Both the position numbers and the translations under genes were made by a program. Below, piece by piece: positions 56,008-64,000 of a stretch of 64,000 nucleotides of DNA. The stretch comes from Thermoleophilia bacterium (GTDB lineage Bacteria > Actinomycetota > Thermoleophilia > Solirubrobacterales > Solirubrobacteraceae). Within the stretch, counting starts at the first letter, position 1, and each line of letters begins with the position of its first letter. The DNA lies in the NCBI GenBank assembly GCA_046565905.1, contig JBKHXR010000048.1, forward strand, positions 7,236-71,235, written 5' to 3'. The notes under the pieces are model-generated. The model saw nothing but the letters and a program-made list of their open reading frames with translations. It had not been told where the DNA came from and made no database searches.

Positions 56008-57315
56008 CTACAGCAGTCGCAGGTAGCGAGAGCGGTCGAACTCGGTCACCGTGCGGCGCTCGTCGTCGAGCTCGCGGCGCTTGTTGGCGACGAAGACGTC
56101 GCAGAGCCGGTCGCCGAGCGTCTCGCGGGCGAGCTCGGAGCCGTCGAAGAGGTCGGTCGCCTCGCGCAGGTCCAGCGGCAGCCGCGGCGCCCCGTCGGGC
56201 TCGTCGTCGATCGACTCCGCCTGCAGCTCGTAGCCGCGCTCGATCCCGCGCAGCCCGGCGGCGAGGACGAGCGCGAGCACCATGTACGGGTTGCACGCGG
56301 GATCCGGCGAGCGCAGCTCGAAGCGCGTGCTCTCGACGCGGTTGGGGCGCCGTGACGGGACGCGCACGAGCGCTGCCGCGCCGCGCCGCGTCCAGCTGAC
56401 GAACTCCGGCGCCTCGAAGCCCGTCGACAGGCGGCGGTAGGAGTTGATCCACTGGTTCGTCACAGCGGTCAGCTCGCCCGCGTGGGCGAGCACCCCGGCG
56501 AGGAACGCGCGCCCCGCCGGCGACAGCGGCTGCGCGGCGTCGGCATCGTGAAAGGCGTTGCGCTCCCCCTCGAAGAGCGAGATGTGCAGGTGCATCCCGC
56601 TGCCCGGGTGCCCGGCGAGCGGCTTGGGCATGAACGTCGCGTAGGCGCCGTGCTCGTGGGCGACCTCCTTGACGGCGATGCGAAAGGTCGAGATCGCGTC
56701 GGCCATCGCCAGCCCGTCGGCGTGGGCGAGCTGGATCTCGTGCTGCGACGGCGCGACCTCGTGGTGCGACGCCTTCACGGGGATGCCCATCTGCTCGAGG
56801 TACTCGATCGTGCGGCGGCGGAAGTCGCTGCCGACGTCCAGCGGCGTCAGATCGAAGTACGCGCCGTCGTCGAGCGTGGCCGGCACCGCGCCGTTCGCGC
56901 CCAGCGGGCCGAAGATGAAGAACTCGACCTCGCAGCCGACCTGCATGGTGTAGCCGAGCGCGGCGGCCTGCTCGAGCACGCCGCGCAGCGTCGTGCGCGA
57001 GTCGCCGCCGAACGGCGCATCGTCGGGCTGGCGGACGTCGCAGAACATCCGCGCGACGAGCGAGTCGGGCTTCCACGGCAAGACCTGGAACGTGCGCGGG
57101 TCGGGGTACGCGATGACGTCGTGCTCGCGCAGGCGCGAGGCGCCCTCGAGCGAGGACCCGTCGAGCCCGACGCCCTCCTCCAGCGCGGATTCCAGCTCCG
57201 ACACGGGGATCGAGAAGCTCTTGAGCAGGCCGAGCACGTCGACGAACCAGAGGCGGATGAACCGCACCCCTCGCTCCTCGACCGTGCGCAGCACGAATTC
57301 GTCGCGACCGGTCAC
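56008..57315 (-). CDS. glnA: glutamine synthetase family protein (type I fold, 435 aa)
   Basis: GS beta-grasp (FIRLWFVDVLG) and catalytic-domain motifs (GCEVEFF, KPLAGHPGSGMHLHISL, NSYRRL). GTG start. Confidence 0.85.
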   Translation of the reverse strand: MTGRDEFVLRTVEERGVRFIRLWFVDVLGLLKSFSIPVSELESALEEGVGLDGSSLEGASRLREHDVIAYPDPRTFQVLPWKPDSLVARMFCDVRQPDDAPFGGDSRTTLRGVLEQAAALGYTMQVGCEVEFFIFGPLGANGAVPATLDDGAYFDLTPLDVGSDFRRRTIEYLEQMGIPVKASHHEVAPSQHEIQLAHADGLAMADAISTFRIAVKEVAHEHGAYATFMPKPLAGHPGSGMHLHISLFEGERNAFHDADAAQPLSPAGRAFLAGVLAHAGELTAVTNQWINSYRRLSTGFEAPEFVSWTRRGAAALVRVPSRRPNRVESTRFELRSPDPACNPYMVLALVLAAGLRGIERGYELQAESIDDEPDGAPRLPLDLREATDLFDGSELARETLGDRLCDVFVANKRRELDDERRTVTEFDRSRYLRLL

Positions 57316-57421
57316 GGGGTGGACCGTATGGCGGCTGCGCCGCCCTGTCTTTGGACGCTCGGTCCTATCTCGCTGCCATCGCGTCCAATCGCTCGCCGCG
57401 CGGCGCCGATGTCATCGCGCC

Positions 57422-57470
57422 GAAACACCGGCGTCAGCAAGACGTAACACAACCGTCAGCGCGAGGAAAC
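57422..57470. promoter_or_regulatory. array of five 5-mers at exact 11-bp phasing, GlnR-box-like
   Basis: GAAAC-n6-GTCAG-n6-GTAAC-n6-GTCAG-n6-GAAAC, in the divergent glnA / FNT-cynS intergenic region. Confidence 0.55.
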
Positions 57471-57654
57471 GGCGCTCGTGGACGCTGGGCGCGGCACGCC
57501 GGTCACCATCTTCGCGGCCTGGCCGGATGCGGGCTCAGCGGCGACTCGATCGATGGCATCGCTGCTCTGTTCGGTGGCAGCGGAGGCGTCTGCGCAGCGC
57601 GGAAACGGCGGGCCGGTCCGCGGAAAGCTCGATCTCTTCGAAGGAGAACGCACG

Positions 57655-58503
57655 ATGGCCTACCTCATGCCGGCGGAGTACACGACCAGGGCGATCGACG
57701 CCGGTGCATCGAAGGTGGTCATGTCCACGCGCGACACGCTGATCCGCGCCGCGATGGCCGGGGCGATCCTCGCGCTCGCAGCGGCGTTCGCGGTCACCAT
57801 CACGGTGAAGACGGGCGAGCCGCTGGCCGGCGCGGTCCTCTTTCCGGTCGGCTTCGTCCTGCTCTACCTGCTCGGCTTCGACCTGCTCACGGGCGTGTTC
57901 ATGCTGGCGCCGCTCGCCCTCCTCGACAAGCGGCCGGGCGTGACGCGGCGCGGAGTCCTGCGCAACTGGTCGCTCGTCTTCGTCGGCAACTTCGCCGGCG
58001 CCTTCCTGGTGGCGCTGATGATGGCGATCACCTTCACCTTCGCGTTCACCGAGGTTCCCGACGAGGTCGGCAAGCAGCTCGGCACGATCGGCGAGGCCCG
58101 CACGGTCGGCTACGCCGACCACGGCGCGGCCGGGATGCTCACGCTCTTCATCCGCGCGATGCTCTGCAACTGGATGGTCTGCACGGGCGTCATCGCGGCG
58201 ATGATGTCGACGACGCTGCAGGGCAAGGCGATCGCGATGTGGATGCCGATCATGCTCTTCTTCTACATGGGCTTCGAGCACTCGATCGTCAACATGTTCC
58301 TGTTCCCTTCGGGCCTGCTGCTGGGCGGCGACTTCACGGTCGGCGACTACCTGCTCTGGAACGAGATCCCGACCGTCGTCGGCAACCTCGTCGGCGGCCT
58401 GGCGTTCGTCGGCCTGACGCTCTACGCGACGCACATCCGCACGGGCTCGGACAGGCTTGCGGTGTCCAAGGCGGCCGCGCCCGACAAGGTCACGGTCGGC
58501 TGA
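57655..58503 (+). CDS. formate/nitrite transporter (FNT) family channel
   Basis: SD AAGGAGAA 7 nt upstream of ATG 57655. The FNT signature FVGNFAGA..., LCNWMVC and FEHSIVNMF are present. 282 aa. Confidence 0.85.
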   Translation: MAYLMPAEYTTRAIDAGASKVVMSTRDTLIRAAMAGAILALAAAFAVTITVKTGEPLAGAVLFPVGFVLLYLLGFDLLTGVFMLAPLALLDKRPGVTRRGVLRNWSLVFVGNFAGAFLVALMMAITFTFAFTEVPDEVGKQLGTIGEARTVGYADHGAAGMLTLFIRAMLCNWMVCTGVIAAMMSTTLQGKAIAMWMPIMLFFYMGFEHSIVNMFLFPSGLLLGGDFTVGDYLLWNEIPTVVGNLVGGLAFVGLTLYATHIRTGSDRLAVSKAAAPDKVTVG

Positions 58504-58512
58504 GCGCGCGCG

Positions 58513-58944
58513 ATGCACGAGTCGATCGATGCAGCACGCCGCGCCTGCGGCCTGACCTGGACGGAGCTGGCCGACCGGATCGGCGGCCCGCGGGTGCACA
58601 CGGTGGCCGCGTTGCTGGGCCAGCACCCGCTCTCGGCGCAGCAGGCCGAACGCGCGGCGCAGGCGCTGGGACTCGACCCCGGCGCGACCGCGCGCCTGAC
58701 GGAGATCCCGCGCGAGCGGATCGGATCGCGCCTCGAGGTGCCGGCCGATCCGACGCTCTATCGCTTCTACGAGGCGCTCGGCGTCTACGGTCCGGCGCTG
58801 CGCGCGCTGATCCATGACGAGTTCGGCGACGGCATCATGAGCGCGATCAACTTCAACGTCGACGTCCGGCGGGTGGCCGATCCGGGCGGCGATCGCGTCG
58901 AGGTGGTGCTCAACGGCAAGTTCCTCCGGTACCAGTGGGAGTGA
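58513..58944 (+). CDS. cynS: cyanase (cyanate hydratase)
   Basis: 143 aa with an N-terminal HTH-like domain and the C-terminal catalytic region YRFYEALGVYGPALRALIHDEFGDGIMSAINF. Confidence 0.85.
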   Translation: MHESIDAARRACGLTWTELADRIGGPRVHTVAALLGQHPLSAQQAERAAQALGLDPGATARLTEIPRERIGSRLEVPADPTLYRFYEALGVYGPALRALIHDEFGDGIMSAINFNVDVRRVADPGGDRVEVVLNGKFLRYQWE

Positions 58945-59408
58945 CGCCGAGCACCGCCGCGCCTAGCATCCTGCTCGTGCCCGCACGAGTCCTGCACGCA
59001 GACGACGCCCACTGGCGCCCGTCGAACCAGATGGGCGTGCTGAACACCGACCTCGCAAAGCAGCTCGGCGGCGGGCCGATGGCGGCGCGCTTGTGGCTGC
59101 TCGAGCCCGGGCAGGCGTCCACGCGCCACCGCCACCTCACGCAGACCGAGCTCTACGTCGTGATCGAGGGGAGCGGCCGGATGCGGATCGACGACGACCC
59201 GCCGCTGACGCTGACGCCGCGCTCGTGCGTGCTCGTCGAGCCCGACACCGTGCGCCAGGTGTTCAACGACACCGACGAGCGCGCGTTGTGGCTCGTCGTC
59301 GGCACGCCGCCGGAGCTCGCCAACACGCTCGAGATGACCGCCGAGCAGCTCGCGCGGCTCTATCCCGACGGGCCCCGGGCGCTACCGCCCGAGCTCGCCG
59401 GCGGATAG
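58935..59408 (+). CDS. cupin domain protein
   Basis: Cupin motifs (STRHRHLTQTELYVVIEGSG ... VLVEPDTVRQVFN). It overlaps the cynS end by 10 nt, and the start may be the internal MGVLN or MAARL. Confidence 0.6.
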   Translation: MGVTPSTAAPSILLVPARVLHADDAHWRPSNQMGVLNTDLAKQLGGGPMAARLWLLEPGQASTRHRHLTQTELYVVIEGSGRMRIDDDPPLTLTPRSCVLVEPDTVRQVFNDTDERALWLVVGTPPELANTLEMTAEQLARLYPDGPRALPPELAGG

Positions 59409-59429
59409 CCCCCGCGCCCGTCGCGCGCG

Positions 59430-59525
59430 TCAGACGTTCGAGTCGAACCCGATGAAGACCACCATCGCCACGACCATGACGGCGACGATGACCAGCAGCG
59501 CGATTCCGATGTCCGAGACCTGCAT
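59430..59525 (-). CDS. 31-aa single-TM micro-protein (not in the ORF track)
   Basis: The minus strand reads CCAGGGGGTGTGTC-ATG (SD-like GGGGG). Product is MQVSDIGIALLVIVAVMVVAMVVFIGFDSNV, with high GC3. Confidence 0.45.
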   Translation of the reverse strand: MQVSDIGIALLVIVAVMVVAMVVFIGFDSNV

Positions 59526-59621
59526 GACACACCCCCTGGTTGCTGTCGGCGTTCGCTGCCCGCTACGGAGGCCGGCGCGCCACCGATCACAAGCTGGCGC
59601 GTCGGCAGGCCGCCGGCGGCC

Positions 59622-59639
59622 GCGTTCACAGAGCGTTCA
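59622..59639. promoter_or_regulatory. 7-nt direct repeat at 11-bp phasing upstream of the nitrate reductase gene
   Basis: GCGTTCA-caga-GCGTTCA. The opposite strand reads TGAAC-n6-TGAAC (AC-n9-AC). It lies 49 nt upstream of GTG 59688. Confidence 0.4.
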
Positions 59640-59687
59640 TCGGTCCGACGCGTCCGGGAAACGGCCTGCCCGCACGCTGATCGCACA

Positions 59688-62600
59688 GTGCAGACCACCC
59701 CGACCCAGTGCCCCTACTGCGGCGTCGGCTGCGGCCTGCTTGCCGACGTCGGCGACGACGGCCGTTTGGCGACCGTCCGCGGCGATCCGCTGCACCCCGC
59801 CAACCGCGGGCGTACCTGCCGCAAGCCGCTCGGGCTGCCGTTCGCCGTCCACGCCCCCGACCGCGCCACGACGCCGTTGTGGCGCGCCGACCGCGACGCG
59901 CGCCCGGAGCCGATCGGCTGGGAGGAGGTGCTGGGAACGCTCGCCGGCCGGCTGCGCGCGATCATCGACGAGCACGGTCCCGACGCGGTCGCCTTCTACA
60001 TCTCCGGGCAGCTGCTGACGGAGGACTACTACGCGATCAACAAGCTCGCTAAGGGCTTCCTGGGAACGAACAACGTCGACTCCAACTCGCGCCTGTGCAT
60101 GTCCTCGGCGGTCGCCGGCTACACGGGCGCGTTCGGCTTCGACGGCCCGCCCCCGGCGTACGCCGACATCGCGCTCGCCGACTGCCTGCTGCTGCTCGGC
60201 ACCAACACGGCGGCCTGCCACCCGATCCTCTGGTCGCGCATCCGCGACCGTCAGGCAGAGGGCGGCTTCGTCATCTGCGCGGACCCGCGCCTGACGCAGA
60301 CGGCCAAGGGCGCCGACCTGCACCTGCCGGTCCGGCCGGGCACCGATCTGGCGCTGCTGAGCTCGCTGCTGCACGTCGTCGAACGCGACGGCCTCGTCGA
60401 TCGCGACTTCGTCGATCGTCACACGACCGGCTGGGACGAGGCCCGCGCCGTCGCCGGCGCCTGGCCCCCGCAGCGGGCCGCCGCCGTCTGCGGCGTGCCG
60501 GCCGCGCTGATCGAGCAGGCCGCCCACCGCTTCGCGAGCGCCGGCGCGGCGATGGCGCTGTGGTCGATGGGCGCCAACCAGTCGACTGTCGGCACGCTGA
60601 AGAACCGGGCGCTGATCAACCTGTGCCTCGCGACCGGCCAGATCGGCCGTCCGGGCAGCGGCCCGCTGTCGCTGACCGGCCAGCCCAACGCGATGGGCGG
60701 CCGCGAGACCGGTGGCCTGTCGCACCTGCTGCCCGGCTACCGCAGGGTCGCCGACGCCGCCGATCGCGCGGCGATGGCGGCGCACTGGGGCGTGCCGGAG
60801 GGCAACCTCTCGGCGCAGCCCGGCCTGCCCGCCGTCGCGCTGTTCGACGCGCTCGAGGCGGGCACCGTCAAGGCCGTCTGGATCATGGCGACGAACCCGC
60901 TCGTCTCGCTTCCCGACGGCCAGCGCGCCCGCACCGCGCTGGAGCGGGCCGAGCTCGTCGTCGTCCAGGACCCGCACCACCCGACCGAGACCTCCTCGCT
61001 CGCGCACGCCGTCCTGCCGGCGGCGGCCTGGCCGGAGAAGGAGGGCACGATGACGAGCTCCGAGCGCCGGATCGGGCTGCTGCGGCGCGCGGTCGCGCCG
61101 CCCGGCGAGGCGAAGCCCGACTGGGAGATCGTCGCGGCGCTCGCACGCCACCTCGGCCACGGGGATGCCTTCGGCTGGCCCGACAGCGCCGCCGTCTTCG
61201 ACGAGTTCGCCGCCTGCACGGCGGGCCGGCCCTGCGACATGACGGGCGTCTCGCACGAGCGCCTGCGTCGCTGCGGCGGCCTGCAGTGGCCCTGTCCGGT
61301 CCAGCCGACCGACGAGCACCCGGGCACCGTCCGCCTCTACGAGAGCCGCCGCTTCCCCACCGCGGACGGGCGCGCTCGCTTCGCCCCCACGCCGCACGCC
61401 GCCCCCGCCGAGTCGCCGGATCGCGAGTTCCCGATCCTGCTGACGACCGGCCGCGTCGCCGACCAGTGGCACACGATGACCCGCACCGGCCACTCCCCGG
61501 CGCTGCGTGCGTCGGCGGGCGAGCCGGCGCTCTCCTGCCATCCGCTCGACGCCGCTTCCGCCGGTCTCGGCGAGGGCGACCTGGTGCGCGTCGTCTCGCG
61601 CCGCGGCGAGCTGCGCGTCGCGATCGCGCTCGACGAGACGATGCCGCGCGGCGTCGTCTTCGCGCCGTTTCACTGGGGCGCGCTGCACGCGGCGTCCGGC
61701 GCCGGCGTGCTCAACGCGCTGACGATCGCGACGGTCGATCCGATCTCCGCGCAGCCCGAGCTGAAGGCCGTCGCCGTGCGACTGGAGGCGGCGCGCCGGC
61801 GTGACGAGCCGGTCCGCCGGCGCGCGCCCGCGACGCCGAAGCGGCTCGTCGTCGTCGGCACGGGCATGGCCGGCCTCGCCGTCGTCGAGGAGGCGCTGCG
61901 GCGACGCCGCGCCGAGGACTGGAAGATCGTCATGCTCGGCGAGGAGCCGGGACCCGCGTACAACCGCGTCCTGCTCTCCAAGCTGCTCGCGCGCACCTGC
62001 GGGCCCGGCGAGCTCGAGCTGCGCCCGCTCGCCTGGTACGCCACGCACGGCGTCGACCTGCGCGGCGGCTGCAGCGCGGCCGCGCTCGATCTCGACGCCC
62101 GCACGGTGCTCGACGAGGCCGGCGGCCGGCACCCGTACGACGCGCTCGTGCTCGCCACCGGCTCGCGCGCCTTCGTCCCGCCGGTCCCCGGCGCCGGCCT
62201 CCCCCATGTCGACGTCTTCCGGACCTGGCGCGACGCCGACGCGCTCGCGGCGACCACGCGCGGAACGCGCGCCGTCGTCGTCGGCGGCGGGCTGCTCGGC
62301 CTCGAGGCGGCGGCGGGGCTGCGCGCCTGCGGCGTCGAGGTCACGGTCGTCGAGCTGGCGACGCGGCTGATGGCCCAGCAGCTCGACGCGGGCGCGTCCG
62401 CGATCCTGCGGCGCGCGCTCGCGGCGCAGGGCATCGCCTGCCGGCTGGGGCGCAGCGCGGCGCGGATCGAGGCCGACCGCGTCGTGCTCGACGACGGCGA
62501 GCAGCTGCCGGCGACGCGGGTCGTCGTCGCGGCGGGGGTGCGTCCCGAGGTGACGCTCGCGCGCGCCGCAGGGCTGCCGGTCGGGCGCGGGATCGTCGTC

Positions 62601-63227
62601 GACGACAGCCTGCGCGCCGGGGCGCCGGCGGTATGGGCGGTCGGCGAGTGCGCCGAGCACGACGGCGTCGTCTACGGCCTGTGGTCGCCGCTGGCCGAGC
62701 AGGCACGTGTCGCCGGCGCGGGTGTCGCCGGCGACCCGGCGACGTTCCGCGGCGCCGTGCCGGCGACGACCCTGAAGGTCGCGGGCGTCGACGTCTACGC
62801 CGGCGGCGCGTCGGCCGGCGCGACGCCCGGCGGGCATGACGAGATCGTGCTGAGCGACACCCGCAACGGCCTCTACCGCCGGCTCGTGCTCGACGGCGAG
62901 CGCCTCGCGGGCGCGGCGCTCGTCGGCGACGTGGGCGCGGCGCGACGGCTGTCGGAGCTGCTGCGCACCGGCGAGCCCGTGCCGTCGGAGCTGCTGACCG
63001 CCGGTGCGCAGGCGGCGACCGCGGACTCGCCGGCCGCCGACCCCGGCGCGACGCTGTGCTCCTGCAACGCCGTCAGCGTCGGCGACGTGCGGTCCGCGAT
63101 CCGGCGCGACGGGCTGACCACGATCGCGCAGGTCGGCGCGCGCACGCGTGCGACGACCGGCTGCGGCGGCTGCAGCGCCGACGTGGCGTCGCTGCTGGAG
63201 CTGGACGCGGCGGCCACCCGCGGTTGA
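59688..63227 (+). CDS. fused assimilatory nitrate reductase: molybdopterin catalytic subunit (NasC/NarB-like) + FAD/NAD(P)H oxidoreductase (NasB/NirB N-terminal-like) + BFD-like [2Fe-2S] domain
   Basis: N-terminal 4Fe-4S motif CPYCGVGCG..x..C, MopB core and barrel (HPLDAASAGLGEGDLVRVVSRRGEL). Around residue 720 it continues with RLVVVGTGMAGLAVVEE (FAD) and AVVVGGGLLGLEAA (NADH), and ends with C.CN......CGGC (BFD-like). Confidence 0.8.
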   Translation: MQTTPTQCPYCGVGCGLLADVGDDGRLATVRGDPLHPANRGRTCRKPLGLPFAVHAPDRATTPLWRADRDARPEPIGWEEVLGTLAGRLRAIIDEHGPDAVAFYISGQLLTEDYYAINKLAKGFLGTNNVDSNSRLCMSSAVAGYTGAFGFDGPPPAYADIALADCLLLLGTNTAACHPILWSRIRDRQAEGGFVICADPRLTQTAKGADLHLPVRPGTDLALLSSLLHVVERDGLVDRDFVDRHTTGWDEARAVAGAWPPQRAAAVCGVPAALIEQAAHRFASAGAAMALWSMGANQSTVGTLKNRALINLCLATGQIGRPGSGPLSLTGQPNAMGGRETGGLSHLLPGYRRVADAADRAAMAAHWGVPEGNLSAQPGLPAVALFDALEAGTVKAVWIMATNPLVSLPDGQRARTALERAELVVVQDPHHPTETSSLAHAVLPAAAWPEKEGTMTSSERRIGLLRRAVAPPGEAKPDWEIVAALARHLGHGDAFGWPDSAAVFDEFAACTAGRPCDMTGVSHERLRRCGGLQWPCPVQPTDEHPGTVRLYESRRFPTADGRARFAPTPHAAPAESPDREFPILLTTGRVADQWHTMTRTGHSPALRASAGEPALSCHPLDAASAGLGEGDLVRVVSRRGELRVAIALDETMPRGVVFAPFHWGALHAASGAGVLNALTIATVDPISAQPELKAVAVRLEAARRRDEPVRRRAPATPKRLVVVGTGMAGLAVVEEALRRRRAEDWKIVMLGEEPGPAYNRVLLSKLLARTCGPGELELRPLAWYATHGVDLRGGCSAAALDLDARTVLDEAGGRHPYDALVLATGSRAFVPPVPGAGLPHVDVFRTWRDADALAATTRGTRAVVVGGGLLGLEAAAGLRACGVEVTVVELATRLMAQQLDAGASAILRRALAAQGIACRLGRSAARIEADRVVLDDGEQLPATRVVVAAGVRPEVTLARAAGLPVGRGIVVDDSLRAGAPAVWAVGECAEHDGVVYGLWSPLAEQARVAGAGVAGDPATFRGAVPATTLKVAGVDVYAGGASAGATPGGHDEIVLSDTRNGLYRRLVLDGERLAGAALVGDVGAARRLSELLRTGEPVPSELLTAGAQAATADSPAADPGATLCSCNAVSVGDVRSAIRRDGLTTIAQVGARTRATTGCGGCSADVASLLELDAAATRG

Positions 63228-63243
63228 GCCGCTTCGCCGCCGG

Positions 63244-63975
63244 TCAGGACGCGAGCACGAACGACAGGAAGAACCCGGCGGCCGTGGCGAACGCGTTGAA
63301 CGGACGGCCCTTCTCGAAGGCTTCCGGCATCAGCGTGTCGGCGAGCGATGCGAGGACGGCGCCGCCGGCGAAGCCGAGCGCGATCGCGAGGACCTCGTCG
63401 CTCAGCGGCGCGGCAAGCGCGCGGCCGGCGACGACCGCGACCGCCAGCAGCGCCGCGCAGGCGCACCATGTCGCGACGACGGTCTTCACCCGGCGTCCCT
63501 CCTGGCGCATCGCGACCGCGCCGACGAGCGACTCGGGCAGGTTGGAGAAGAAGATCGCCACGAGCAGTGCCAGCGAGGCGCCCTCCGCGAGCGAGACGCC
63601 GAGCGCGAGGTTCTCGGGGACGCCGTCGAGCGTCACGGCGGCCAGCAGCGCCCAGCCGACGCCGCCGCGCGCTGCGCCCGCGGCGACCTCGCGCTGCTCG
63701 GGACCGGCCTCACCGGTGACGTACCGATCGAGCGCGCTGTCGGCGACGACGAACGTGGCCCCGCCCGCGAGCAGCGCGAGGCCCGAGCGCGCCGCGCCGC
63801 CGAGCTCGTAGGCATCCTCGAACAGCTCGAACGCCAGGGCGGAGATGAGCGCCCCGCTGGCGAAGGCGAGCAGGACGCCCGTGACGGCCGTCGGCGGGTC
63901 CCAGTAGGCGCCCAGGACGGAGCCGATCACGAGCGCGCTCGACGCGGCGAGCCCGAAGAGGATCGCGGTCGTCAC
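63244..63975 (-). CDS. ZIP family metal transporter
   Basis: 243 aa with 7-8 TM segments. ZupT-like motifs (FASGALISALAFELFEDA, SNLPESL, FAGGAVLASLADTLMPEAFE). Confidence 0.75.
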   Translation of the reverse strand: MTTAILFGLAASSALVIGSVLGAYWDPPTAVTGVLLAFASGALISALAFELFEDAYELGGAARSGLALLAGGATFVVADSALDRYVTGEAGPEQREVAAGAARGGVGWALLAAVTLDGVPENLALGVSLAEGASLALLVAIFFSNLPESLVGAVAMRQEGRRVKTVVATWCACAALLAVAVVAGRALAAPLSDEVLAIALGFAGGAVLASLADTLMPEAFEKGRPFNAFATAAGFFLSFVLAS

Positions 63976-64000
63976 AGCGCCTACTGCACGAAGACGGGCG

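Overview
The window is very GC-rich (roughly 70% or more) and densely coding. It looks actinobacterial, and protein signatures hint at Thermoleophilia or Solirubrobacterales, but that placement is inference only. I found no rRNA, tRNA, CRISPR array, IS element or prophage. Many long ORF-track entries are Arg/Pro/Ala-rich shadow frames and were discarded.

Real content, in order:
- 0-13 kb: housekeeping and stress genes (OsmC, Nudix, pcm, acyl-CoA dehydrogenase). These are followed by an ECF sigma factor translationally coupled to ogt, a scramblase/LURP-like gene, a large LAL/LuxR regulator and trxB.
- 13-23.5 kb: two adjacent terminal-oxidase operons. One is A1-type aa3 with ctaB. The other is A2-type caa3 with a tandem USP-like gene between subunits I and III. 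A SoxS-like regulator sits between the operons and a dihaem cytochrome c lipoprotein lies downstream.
- 23.6-25.8 kb: a cluster of secreted hypothetical proteins.
- 25.9-35.4 kb: a conserved core block on the minus strand (HIT, cca, alr, nnr, acpS, glmS, glmM, rpsI, rplM).
- 35.5-40.7 kb: an orphan ZnuA-like binding protein with a Fur-family box, a plant/cyanobacterial-type phosphoribulokinase, and a GT-C/GT2/flippase-like glycosylation module.
- 40.8-48 kb: hydrolases, an AlkZ-like glycosylase, guaA and guaB3.
- 48-51.2 kb: a NarL-type two-component system flanked by two paralogous secreted proteins.
- 52.5-63.2 kb: a nitrogen-assimilation island (moeA, TrpD-like gene, GlnR-like pseudo-receiver regulator, glnA, FNT channel, cyanase, cupin, fused NasC-NasB nitrate reductase). 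It carries a five-site, 11-bp-phased GlnR-box-like array.
- 63.2-64 kb: a ZIP transporter.

Several unlisted micro-ORFs encoding single-TM peptides are also reported.
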